Below are positions 30,879-40,006 of a DNA stretch of 64,000 bases, piece after piece. The position numbers and the translations under genes are program-made. The stretch comes from Alphaproteobacteria bacterium (lineage in GTDB: Bacteria; Pseudomonadota; Alphaproteobacteria; UBA828). Below the pieces are notes generated by a model. That model was not told the DNA's origin. It saw nothing but the letters and a program-made list of their open reading frames with translations, and made no database searches. The stretch spans positions 352,001-416,000 of the forward strand of contig CAXXVO010000004.1 in NCBI GenBank assembly GCA_963422645.2. Reading direction: 5' to 3'. Position 1 is the stretch's first letter. Each line of letters opens with the position of its first letter.

Positions 30879-32115
30879 CACGTCTCCGCCGCTCGATACC
30901 GCCTTCGCCCGCGCGCACTTTCCGGCGCTCGCGGGCCCCTGGGCGCTGTTCGAGAACGCGGGCGGCACTCTCGCCGCGGCGCAGGTGCTAGACCGCATCC
31001 GCACCTACATGGCCGAGTACCAGGTGCAGCCGGGCGCGGCCTATCCCGCGTCCGCCCGCGCCGCGGAAATGATCGCAGAAAGCCACCGGGCGATGGCGGC
31101 CATGATCAACGCCCAGCCCGAAGAGGTGGTGATCGGGCCCTCCACCTCCATGAACGTCTTCCTCCTCGCCCAGGCGCTCAGGCCCGGCTTCCGCGAGGGC
31201 GACGAGATCGTCGTCACCAACCTCGACCACGAGGCGAACGTCGGCGCCTGGCGCAAGCTCGCGGCGGCAGGCATGACGGTGCGCGAGTGGCGCTTCGACG
31301 AGGGCAGCATGGCGTTGGAGCCGGAAGGTCTCGCGATATTGCTGAACGAGCGCACCCGCCTTGTCTGCTTCGGCCATTGCTCCAACATCACCGGCGGCTT
31401 TACCGACGTGCCGGGGCTGGTGCGCATGATCCACGACGCGGGCGCGCTCGCCTGTGTGGACGGCGTCGCCTACGCGCCGCACCGCGCCATCGACGTGAAG
31501 GCGTGGGATGTCGATTTCTACCTCTGCTCCACCTACAAGCTCTACGGGCCGCACCTGGCACTCCTCTACGGCAAGCGCGCGCACTTCGAGCGAGCGGCGC
31601 CGCTCAACCATTTCTTCCTCGACGATGAGCTGCCGCTGAAGCTGAATCCAGGCGGTCCCAACCACGAGCTGAGCGCGGGCCTCGCCGGCGTCACCGCCTA
31701 TCTCGACGCGCTTCATGCCCACCATGAGGGGGAGACCAATCTCCCGCTCCACGCTCGCCTCGCCGCGATCTTCGAGCTCATCGCGGCGCATGAGGAGGCC
31801 CTGGTTGCACCGCTGCTGGACTTCCTCGCGGCGAAGCCCGGTGTCCGCCTGATCGGCAACCCGAGCGCCGACCGGTGCTTGCGGGCGCCCACGGTCGCCT
31901 TCGCGGTCGAGGGCCGGGATGCCGGCGCGATCGCCGGCGCGGTCGCATCGCACCGGGTCGCCATCGGCGCCGGCGACTTCTATGCCGCCCGCTGCATCGA
32001 GGCCTTGGGCCTCGCCGACCGAGGCGGTGTCGTCCGCGCCAGCATGGTCCACTACAACACGGTGGACGAGGTCCAACGCCTGATCCGCGCCCTCGACGAC
32101 GCCATTTCCGGCTAG
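30865..32115 (+). CDS. Class V PLP enzyme, cysteine desulfurase-like (VC1184-type)
   Basis: FENAGG, LDHEANV, VDGVAYAPH, STYKLYGPH (PLP Lys). GDFYA stands where SufS has its catalytic GHHCA. Confidence 0.85.
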   Translation: MTECGTSPPLDTAFARAHFPALAGPWALFENAGGTLAAAQVLDRIRTYMAEYQVQPGAAYPASARAAEMIAESHRAMAAMINAQPEEVVIGPSTSMNVFLLAQALRPGFREGDEIVVTNLDHEANVGAWRKLAAAGMTVREWRFDEGSMALEPEGLAILLNERTRLVCFGHCSNITGGFTDVPGLVRMIHDAGALACVDGVAYAPHRAIDVKAWDVDFYLCSTYKLYGPHLALLYGKRAHFERAAPLNHFFLDDELPLKLNPGGPNHELSAGLAGVTAYLDALHAHHEGETNLPLHARLAAIFELIAAHEEALVAPLLDFLAAKPGVRLIGNPSADRCLRAPTVAFAVEGRDAGAIAGAVASHRVAIGAGDFYAARCIEALGLADRGGVVRASMVHYNTVDEVQRLIRALDDAISG

Positions 32116-32237
32116 CACTTCGTCGCTCACGACGGCCGCGCGCGCGATCCCGCACGCGCGGCGCGACCTTGAACCTCGAGCCGGTATGACGCACCCTTCA
32201 GGAACTCCAGTTCAGTTCCGACAGGAGGGACGCGGGC

Positions 32238-33092
32238 ATGGGGATCGTGACGGACGTCGTACTGCCGATTGCCCTCGCGTTCATCATGCTCTCGCTCGGG
32301 CTCGGGCTCACCGTCGGCGACTTCGCCCGGGTCGCGAAGCAGCCGCGCGACTTCCTCGTGGGCGCCGTGGCGCAGGTGGTGCTCCTGCCGGCGGTGGCCT
32401 TCGGCCTCGTCAGCATTTGGCCGCTCGCGCCCGAGCTCGCGCTCGGGGTCATGATCATCGCCGCCGCACCCGGCGGGGTGACCTCCAATCTGCTCACCGC
32501 CTTCGGACGCGGCGACGTGGCGCTCTCCATCTCGCTCACCGCCGTCGTCAGTCTGCTCAGCGTCGTCACGATCCCCTTCATCGTCGTGTTCAGCTACGCC
32601 AGTCTCGTAGGCGGCGACGCGGGCGACATCTCCGTCATCGAAACCGCGCTCGGCGTCTTCATGATCGTCACTTTGCCCGTGCTGATCGGACTCGCGGTCC
32701 GCCGCTGGGCCGAAGGCTTCGCCACGCGGGCCCACCACACCGCGCGCAGGATCTCGGCGCTGCTCTTCGTGCTGGTGCTGGCCGCCGCCATCTACCAGGA
32801 GCACGAGAACGCGCTCGAGTACATGGGCCAGGCCGGGCCCGTGACGGCGGTATTGAACGTGGTGATGATGGCCCTGGCCTACCTGCTCGCGCGGTTCCTG
32901 GCGACCGGTCCGCGCCAGCGCATTTCCATCTCCATCGAATGCGGGGTGCAGAACGGCACGCTCGCCATCGCCGTGGCGACGCTTCTCTTCGGCGGCGGGC
33001 TTACCGTCGTGCCGGCGGCCACCTACAGCCTGATCATGTTCGGGAGCGCACTCATCTTCATCGCCTTGCCCAGGCGCGGCACTGCGCCTTAG
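32238..33092 (+). CDS. Bile acid:sodium symporter family protein
   Basis: MLSLGLGL, PGGVTSN, GDVALSISLT, IECGVQNG. Confidence 0.9.
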   Translation: MGIVTDVVLPIALAFIMLSLGLGLTVGDFARVAKQPRDFLVGAVAQVVLLPAVAFGLVSIWPLAPELALGVMIIAAAPGGVTSNLLTAFGRGDVALSISLTAVVSLLSVVTIPFIVVFSYASLVGGDAGDISVIETALGVFMIVTLPVLIGLAVRRWAEGFATRAHHTARRISALLFVLVLAAAIYQEHENALEYMGQAGPVTAVLNVVMMALAYLLARFLATGPRQRISISIECGVQNGTLAIAVATLLFGGGLTVVPAATYSLIMFGSALIFIALPRRGTAP

Positions 33093-33721
33093 AGCTTGCG
33101 CGCCTGGGCGATGGGGAGGTCGGAGATCCGGGCGTACTCGCCAGTCTTGAGCATGGTCGGATCGTTCAGGTAATCCAGCACCAGATCGGTCGTATCGAGG
33201 CCCCAGAAGACCTCGTCACCGATGACGAAGGTGGGGATCCCGAAGACTCCGCGTTCTGCGGCCTCCTCGGTGCCCCGTCTCAGCGCCTCCTTGACTTGCG
33301 GCGCCGCGATCATCTCGTCGGCGTTGGCGATGCCGAGACGCCCGGTCAGCCCCTGCCACTCCTCGTCTTGGGAGAGGTCGCGCCCCTCGGCCCATATGGC
33401 ATCGAACAGCGCGCGTATCAGCGCAGGCTCGGCGCCCTGGGCGACTGCAAGGCGGAGCGGGCGGAGCGGGTTGAAGGGGTGCGCCGGCGGCATGCGAAAG
33501 GGGATGCCGTGGCGCGCCGCGTACCAGTGGCACCAGCGGTAGGTCTGCACGCGCTTGGCCGGAATCTCCGCAGGCCCCTTGTGCTCCCAATGGGCTAGGA
33601 GCCCTGCGAACAGCACCGGCCGGTAGGTCACCTCCAGGTCCGGCGGCAGGCGGTCGAATTCAGCGAGTTGCAGATAGGAATAGGGAGAGAGAAAATCGAA
33701 GTACCAGTCTGCGGCCGGCAT
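33089..33721 (-). CDS. 2-hydroxychromene-2-carboxylate isomerase / GST-kappa-like DsbA-family protein
   Basis: YFDFLSPYSY, HPFNP, GVFGIPTF, FWG.D. Confidence 0.85.
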   Translation of the reverse strand: MPAADWYFDFLSPYSYLQLAEFDRLPPDLEVTYRPVLFAGLLAHWEHKGPAEIPAKRVQTYRWCHWYAARHGIPFRMPPAHPFNPLRPLRLAVAQGAEPALIRALFDAIWAEGRDLSQDEEWQGLTGRLGIANADEMIAAPQVKEALRRGTEEAAERGVFGIPTFVIGDEVFWGLDTTDLVLDYLNDPTMLKTGEYARISDLPIAQARKL

Positions 33722-34261
33722 CGGCCCGTCCTTTGCGCTCAGGTATGGCGATTGCCGGCCGATTGTGCCCGGTTTGGCCCGGCCGCGCGAGGACGAGCGG
33801 TGGGCTTGCGAGCAGAAGCGGCGGAGGGACCATGAGCGAGACGGAGCGCGATGCGCGGATCGACCTGGCGGCGGCCTACCGGATTGCCTGCCACCACGGG
33901 CTCAACGAGGGTGTCTGCAACCACTTCTCCCTCATGCTGCCGGGGAGCGACGATCGCTTTCTGTTGATCGCCTACGGCACCCATTGGAGCGAGGTGCGCG
34001 CCAGCACGCTCCTGGTCGTCGACATGGACGGCCGCGTGATCGAGGGCGAGGGCGACGTGGAAGAGACCGCCATCTGTCTTCACGCTCCTCTTCACAAAGC
34101 GCGGCCGGACCTGCGCTGCCTGATGCACACCCATCAGCCCCAGGTGCTGGCCAATGGCATTCATTTGGCGCGAAGATTGTTCCGGGGTTTTTTTGGTGGT
34201 GTCGTAACGAGTTGATTTCTTGTGTGGATTGTCGGTCTCGGCGTTTCCCGCACGAGGGGGA

Positions 34262-34290
34262 TTGACCGGCGGCGTGTGCTTTGGCACACT
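34262..34290 (+). promoter_or_regulatory. Candidate sigma70 promoter of the IS4 transposase
   Basis: TTGACC-17 nt-CACACT about 30 bp upstream of the ATG at 34322. Confidence 0.45.
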
Positions 34291-34321
34291 GTGGCTGTCC
34301 CCCTGTCAGTGGAGCCGGCCC

Positions 34322-36535
34322 ATGGACCCCCGCATCACCGCGCTGAAGTCGACGACCTTTTTCGGCAGACGTCTGACCCGCCGGCAGATTGCCGACATCC
34401 AGGAGACGGTGGCGCTGTTTCCGGCGATCAGCCGCAACGAGCTCGGGCACACGATCTGCGAGCATTTGAACTGGCGCGCGCCGAGCGGGCGGAACCGTGT
34501 CGCGGTCTGCCTGCGGATGCTGGAGGAGTTGGAGCGGCTGGGCATCCTGACCCTGCCGGCGCGGGACGAGGCGCAGGTGCGGGGGCCGCAGGAGGCGATG
34601 GCCCGGAGCGAGCGGACGGCGCCGGCCGCGGCGATCGCGGAGGACCTGGCCGCGCTGATGCCGCTGCGCCTGTCGATTGCGGCGGGCAAGGAGGAGGGCG
34701 GGCTGTGGAACGAGTTCGTCGCGCGCCACCACTATCTCGGGCTGCATCGTCTGGTCGGCGCGCATCTGCGCTATTTTCTCCTGGACCGCCACGGGCGGCC
34801 TCTGGGCTGCCTTCTGTTTGCCCGGGCGTCGCGCACGCTGCCCTGCCGCGACGAGTGGATCGGGTGGCCGGCGGAAGGCTTCCGCAAGCACCTCGATCTG
34901 GTCGTGGGTCACACGCGTTTCCTGATCTTTCCCTGGGTCCGGGTCGACAACCTGGCGTCGAAAGCGCTGTCGATGGCGCTGCGCCAGCTGCCCGGCGACT
35001 GGGAGGCGCGCTTCGGAGCGCGCCCGGTTCTGGTGGAGACCTTCGTGGACCCCAGCCTCTTCGACGGCGCCTGCTACCGCGCGGCCAACTGGCGCTGTCT
35101 CGGCGAGACCGGGGGCGGCAAGGGCAAGACCCGCAAAAGCGTCTACGTCTACCCGCTGACGCCGGACTTCCGCTCGATCCTGCTCGAAGGCCCGCGGCCG
35201 GCGCGGCGCGGGAACAGGACACGGCCGGCAGCGCTGGCGCCGGACGATCCCTTCGTGGCGCTGTGGCAGGACCTGATCGGCGCACTGGCGGCGGTGGCCG
35301 CCGATCACGACCGGGTGTGGCAGAGCCGCCGGCGGGTCCTCGACACCCTTCTCGTCATGCTCTTCATCTTCCGGCTGGCGTTCTCGAACGGCCGCGCGGG
35401 CTACGCCACGACGCTGGCCGGGCTGTGGGAGCAGTGCCGGGTCCTGGGCGTCGCACTGCCGCAGCCGGCGCCGGTCTCGGCCTCGGCGATGTGCATGGCG
35501 CGGGCCAAGGTCGACGAGGCGGTGTTCAAGACGCTGCACGCCGAGATCCTCAAGCGCGCCGACGGCCCGGCCTGGAAGGGCCACCGCGTGTTCGCGGTCG
35601 ACGGCTCCAAGCTCAACCTGCCGCGGCCGCTGCTCAAGGCCGGCTACCGCACGCCCTCCGAGGCGGCCCACTACCCGCAGGGCCTGCTGAGTTGCCTCTA
35701 CCGGCTGCACGCGAACATCCCGGTGGACTTCGACCTGGTCGCGCACGGCGACGAAAGAAGGGCCGCCCTCGCCCACCTCAAGGCGCTCTCGGCCAACGAC
35801 ATCGTGGTCTATGACCGCGGCTACTACTCTTGGGAGATGCTGCACGCCCATGTCGCCCGCGGCCTGCACCCCGTGTTCCGGATCAAGAAGAAGGCAGGCG
35901 CCGCCCTCGACGCCTTCATCGCCGACGGCCGCACGGACGCGCCGATCACCGTCGCTCCCGGAAAGGACACCCTGAGAAAGCTGCGCCGCAAGACGCCGCA
36001 CGTCGACGCCACCCCGCTGCGCCTGCGACTGGTCCGCTACCGCATCGGCAGCACGGTCTTCATCCTCGCCACCACCCTCCTCGACCCCAAGGCCTGGAGC
36101 GTCGCGGAACTGGCCGAGCTCTATCACGCGCGCTGGGGAATCGAGGAACTCTACAAGACCTCGAAACAGGCCATGGCCGTCGAGGCCTTCCACAGCCAGA
36201 CCGAGCGCGGCGTCCGCCAGGAGCTCTTCGCCCACTTCAACCTCATCGCCATGACCCGGCTCTTCACCAACCGCAGCAACGCAAGCCTCGACGCCGAGCG
36301 CCCTGCCGACGGCAAGCCGGCGATGAAAGCCAACTTCAGCAACGGCCTCGCCACCGTCGCGCGCAACCTCGAAGCGCTGCTGCTGCGCCATACGGCGATG
36401 GTCGCCGAAACTCTCAGCCATGTCCTCTCCTGCATCAACCAGGCGCGTCAGCGCCCGCGCCCCGGCCGGTCCTGCGAACGCAGGTCGCGCAAACCCCGCG
36501 GCAAGTGGGCACGCGCAAAGCGGGCCGTCGCCTGA
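34322..36535 (+). CDS. DUF4338 (DruA-like) domain fused to an IS4 DDE transposase, 737 aa
   Basis: N-terminal half: LWNEFVARHHYLG, RDEWIGW, RFLIFPWV, NLASKAL, LVETFVD, GACYRAANW. C-terminal half: AVDGSKL, YDRGY, YHARWGIEELYK (YREK-type motif). Confidence 0.88.
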   Translation: MDPRITALKSTTFFGRRLTRRQIADIQETVALFPAISRNELGHTICEHLNWRAPSGRNRVAVCLRMLEELERLGILTLPARDEAQVRGPQEAMARSERTAPAAAIAEDLAALMPLRLSIAAGKEEGGLWNEFVARHHYLGLHRLVGAHLRYFLLDRHGRPLGCLLFARASRTLPCRDEWIGWPAEGFRKHLDLVVGHTRFLIFPWVRVDNLASKALSMALRQLPGDWEARFGARPVLVETFVDPSLFDGACYRAANWRCLGETGGGKGKTRKSVYVYPLTPDFRSILLEGPRPARRGNRTRPAALAPDDPFVALWQDLIGALAAVAADHDRVWQSRRRVLDTLLVMLFIFRLAFSNGRAGYATTLAGLWEQCRVLGVALPQPAPVSASAMCMARAKVDEAVFKTLHAEILKRADGPAWKGHRVFAVDGSKLNLPRPLLKAGYRTPSEAAHYPQGLLSCLYRLHANIPVDFDLVAHGDERRAALAHLKALSANDIVVYDRGYYSWEMLHAHVARGLHPVFRIKKKAGAALDAFIADGRTDAPITVAPGKDTLRKLRRKTPHVDATPLRLRLVRYRIGSTVFILATTLLDPKAWSVAELAELYHARWGIEELYKTSKQAMAVEAFHSQTERGVRQELFAHFNLIAMTRLFTNRSNASLDAERPADGKPAMKANFSNGLATVARNLEALLLRHTAMVAETLSHVLSCINQARQRPRPGRSCERRSRKPRGKWARAKRAVA

Positions 36536-37129
36536 ACACCTGAACGACAGAAACGCACGCAACCGACAGCGCAAGAACACGACTCCTTAAGTGAACAGTC
36601 GAAAACCGCTAAGTGAATGCCATTGAGGTGCTGGCGCTCGCCATGGTCGAGGACGGCAAGCTGGAGCCGGCTAGCCAGAACGCGCTCCGCTTCAGCCATC
36701 GCATCGCCTACGACCGGGACTACGGCGGCGTCGCCCTGGCCGAGAGCGAAGGCGGGCGCGTAGCGCGCGCGATGGACGGCGCCGACATCCTCTTCATGGG
36801 CAATCACGGCGTGATGGTGGGGGGCGGCGACGTCGCCAAGGCCTATGACGACCTCTACTACCTGGAGCGCGCGGCGATGGTTCAGATCCTCGCCATGAGC
36901 ACCGGCCGCCCGCTCAAGCCGATCCCGCGCGAGATGGAGGAGGAAGCCGTGCGTCAATTGTCGCGGGACAACAGGCACCGCTACGCGGTCGAGCACTTCA
37001 CGGCGATCAAGCGGATTCTCGACCGCACCGAGCCCGACTATCGGGACTAGGCGCGCGGCGGGTGGGCTCGCCGTGCTGAACCCGATCGGGAACGAACGCG
37101 AGGCACAATGGCTGATCTAGAGATTTCCG

Positions 37130-39017
37130 GTAACTGCCCAGGTTCTTGCTGTGAAAATTCTCTGGGATTCGGCACAACGCTACCCACGCGACGCCCGTGT
37201 GCTCCTCTGGGGTCGCCGGGTTTCACAGCTCACGATGCCCCTCTTGCGGACTGCGACCGGTAAGCTACCCCGATGTGGCCCGAAGTCCGCCCGCGCGACG
37301 GGCACCGATTTTCATTCTATGGGGTGGTCCAGCACGGCGTCGACCATGATCGTTTATGAGAATGGCTCCGCTGTTGGAGAACCCGTGCCAGGTGAGCTTA
37401 CGCGCACTTGACGGTGGCGATGAGCCGATCCGATGGGCTGGTCAGGGCTTCGATGATATTCCAGCCCTGCTTTCTGGCGGTGGTGATGACGCTGCGCAGG
37501 ATGGCGAAGTTCTCGGCCCCCTGCGCGGACCGGAAGCCCCCGGAGATCTTCTGGCGCAGCTTCATCATCCGAAGGTCGCGCTCGGCCTCGTTGTTCGTGA
37601 ACCCGACCTCGAGGTCGATCAGGAACCGGAGCACCGCGCATTTGTGGTCGCGCAGCCTCAAGGCCAGATTGTGACCGATCCTTCGCTTCCGGCGCTTCTT
37701 CCTCTTGCCAGGCGAGAACGGTGGTTGGCTCTCGTGAAAGGCCAGCGCATCGGCGATGATCTCGTCGTATCGGCGCTCGATCAGCGCCACAAGCCTCGCC
37801 GGAACGGCGATATCCTTGTCCAGCGCGATGCGGGCGGCGCGATTGGCTCGGCGCAGGAGCTGCTGCATCCGCCGGGCCCAAGCCTCCCCTTCGATGTCCA
37901 CCAGCGCCTGCAACTCCCGCAGGTGATGGGCGTTGCACAGGCCGTGCTCCACCCCTTCCATCGCGAAGTACGGCTTCCAGTGATCGTGCACGACGATGCC
38001 GGAGACACCCGAGAGCAGGGCGCCGCGCTTGCCGCTGACCCGGTACGCCGCCAGCAGCGGCGTGCAGATCACATGAAGCCACTGCGTCTGACCGCCGATC
38101 CGCAAGCCGGTCTCGTCCATGTGTTTCACCCGCGCCGTGCCCGCCGCCAGGTCCTGTATGTGCAAGGCCGCGTCCCGCAGCCGCTCGGCCGCCCTCTCGC
38201 TCATCGTCGCCAACGTCGCAGCCGTCACCGGCGCGCCGAAGAGCTCGGCCATCACCTGCGACAGCCGATCCTCCGGCAGGAAGTGAGCGTGCTGAAGGTA
38301 GACCGCCACCCCGGCAATGCGCGGGCCGTACTGCACCGGCGCCGACACCCCGTCGGGGAACGCCGCCCGGGTCACCGTCCCGCAATGCCCGCAGCACTTG
38401 GCATGCGCCCGGTGCTCGGTCACCTCCAGGGGGCTCGGCTCGGGCAGATCGAACACCTGGCGGGCGACGGGCGTTCCCGCCCTGGCCGCGTCCGAAAGCG
38501 GCGAACCGCATCCCTTGCAGGAAGCCGGGACGTGATCCTTCACCCGATCCGGGTGATCGGCGCGGCGCAGCGTCTTGCCCTTGTGGCCGGGCTGGCCACC
38601 GGGCTTGCGGCCCGATTTGCCGCGCAGGCTTCGGGTTCGCCGCTTCGAATTCGGCTTCCTCAGCCCATCGCTCGAAGGCGGCTTGCCGCTGTTGCCGCTG
38701 TTGAGGCCGAGACGGCGCTCCAACTCCTCGATGCGCTCGACGAGACGCGCGACTTGCTCTTCCAGCCGCGCGTTCTGCTGCCGAAGCCAGGCATTTTCCT
38801 CCCGAAGCCGGGCGTTCTCCTCCTCCAGGCGGGCGATCTTCTGCGCGGGCGTTTCGGGCGCTGCTCCCGTCGAAGGGCCGCGCGGCGACTCGGGATTGCT
38901 CATGTCGTTGTTGAGTCATTTCCCGAAATTCCCGTCAAGCCCTTTCCACCAACTCCGAACGAGAAACGCCTCAATCCACTGGCCCAAAATGACAAATCAG
39001 ACGACCTGGGCAGTTAC
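37130..39017 (-). mobile_element. IS66-family insertion sequence, copy 2 (1888 bp)
   Basis: Same IRs as copy 1. 8-bp TSD GATTTCCG at 37122-37129 and 39018-39025. Appears identical to 6393-8280 at a constant offset of 30737. Confidence 0.96.
37398..38903 (-). CDS. IS66 family transposase (same 501-aa protein as 6661-8166)
   Basis: Identical translation in the ORF track. Confidence 0.95.
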   Translation of the reverse strand: MSNPESPRGPSTGAAPETPAQKIARLEEENARLREENAWLRQQNARLEEQVARLVERIEELERRLGLNSGNSGKPPSSDGLRKPNSKRRTRSLRGKSGRKPGGQPGHKGKTLRRADHPDRVKDHVPASCKGCGSPLSDAARAGTPVARQVFDLPEPSPLEVTEHRAHAKCCGHCGTVTRAAFPDGVSAPVQYGPRIAGVAVYLQHAHFLPEDRLSQVMAELFGAPVTAATLATMSERAAERLRDAALHIQDLAAGTARVKHMDETGLRIGGQTQWLHVICTPLLAAYRVSGKRGALLSGVSGIVVHDHWKPYFAMEGVEHGLCNAHHLRELQALVDIEGEAWARRMQQLLRRANRAARIALDKDIAVPARLVALIERRYDEIIADALAFHESQPPFSPGKRKKRRKRRIGHNLALRLRDHKCAVLRFLIDLEVGFTNNEAERDLRMMKLRQKISGGFRSAQGAENFAILRSVITTARKQGWNIIEALTSPSDRLIATVKCA

Positions 39018-39263
39018 GATTTCCGACTCTATCAACGAGACCTGCCCCTGGTCGGGGGAGCCGGTCCAAGCCGACTCCCTGACCGAGTTCAACGGCAACG
39101 TCGTCGGCTTCTGCAATCCCGGCTGCCGCGACAAGTTCGACGCCGCGCTCCGCCACTTCGAGACGGCGAAGGCGTCGAGAGGGGCGCCGCGCTCGTCTCG
39201 CTGAGCGCTTGCGGCACCACCCGGCGCCACACTTGCGCAACCGGGCTCCCCGCCGCCGATCAG

Positions 39264-39317
39264 AGTGGCGGGCCGCGGTCGCGGCCTGTCGCGAGTCCGT
39301 CAATAGCGGCCTCGCTC
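39264..39317. repeat. Dispersed palindromic repeat family B, copy 2 (inverted)
   Basis: Reverse complement GAGCGAGGCCGCTATTGACGGACTCGCGACAGGCCGCGACCGCGGCCCGCCACT aligns with 6250-6304. Lies between convergent gene ends. Confidence 0.7.
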
Positions 39318-39322
39318 TAACC

Positions 39323-40006
39323 TTACTCCCTACCGCGGTAGCCGGTGGCGAGCACGTAGCTCTCGGCGGAGTCTGAGCGGCTCGCCGGCGGCTTGGCGTT
39401 GCGCACCCGCGCGAAGGCCTGGCGCAGTCGCACCTGAAGCGCGCCGTCGCCCCCTTGCCGCAGCTTGGCGAGGAAGCATCCGCCCGGAGTGAGCAGCGGC
39501 TCTGCGATATCGAGCGCGGTCTCGCAGAGTGCCGAGACCCGCAGCCGGTCGGTCGCCGCGTGGCCGGTGGTCGGCGCCGCCATGTCGCTCATCACCAGGT
39601 TCGCCGGCCCGCCGAGCGCGGAGCGAATTTCCTCGAGCGCGTCCGCGCCGCAGGCATCGATTGTGAGAACGGTGACGCCCTCGATCGGCTCGATTTCCGT
39701 GGTGTCGACCGCGACCACGCGGCCGCCCTTGCCCACCCGCTGGGCCGCCACCTGGCTCCAGCCACCGGGTGCTGCGCCGAGATCGACCACCCGTTGCCCC
39801 GGCTTCAGGATGTCCGCGCCCTCGGCGAGGCCGATCAGCTTGTAGGCAGCGCGGGAGCGGTAGCCGGCCTCCCGCGCCGCACGGACGTAAGGGTCGTTGA
39901 GCTGGCGTTCGAGCCAGCGGGTGGACGACGCCTTGCGCCGTCGCGCGCGCTTGAGCTTGACCGGCGCGCGGCGCCTTTGCGGACTGCCTTCGTCGCGGGC
40001 GCTCAT
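39323..40006 (-). CDS. rlmE: 23S rRNA Um2552 2'-O-methyltransferase
   Basis: WLERQLNDPYV, GYRSRAAYKL, VDLGAAPGGWSQ, SDMAA, KPPASR..SAE.Y. Confidence 0.93.
   Translation of the reverse strand: MSARDEGSPQRRRAPVKLKRARRRKASSTRWLERQLNDPYVRAAREAGYRSRAAYKLIGLAEGADILKPGQRVVDLGAAPGGWSQVAAQRVGKGGRVVAVDTTEIEPIEGVTVLTIDACGADALEEIRSALGGPANLVMSDMAAPTTGHAATDRLRVSALCETALDIAEPLLTPGGCFLAKLRQGGDGALQVRLRQAFARVRNAKPPASRSDSAESYVLATGYRGRE

Larger units (their letters stand above)
34152..36625 (+). mobile_element. IS4-family insertion sequence, 2474 bp
   Basis: 19-bp IRs CAATGGCATTCATTTGGCG and CGCTAAGTGAATGCCATTG (17/19 match). 10-bp TSD AGGTGCTGGC at 34142-34151 and 36626-36635. Confidence 0.95.
33832..37050 (+). 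pseudogene. Class II aldolase/adducin family gene interrupted by an IS4-family element
   Basis: The 5' part (DLAAAYR, NHFS, MHTHQPQVL) and 3' part (AMVEDG...MGNHGV...LERA) rejoin in frame once 34152-36625 and one TSD copy are removed. Confidence 0.9.
37108..39204 (+). pseudogene. Small YHS-like metal-binding protein gene interrupted by IS66 copy 2
   Basis: Reconstructed protein after removing the IS and one TSD: MADLEISDSINETCPWSGEPVQADSLTEFNGNVVGFCNPGCRDKF... Confidence 0.82.

Noticed and set aside
37151-37411. 86-aa passenger ORF in the IS66 tail
   Set aside because: No RBS or recognisable motif, so it is not supported as a gene.
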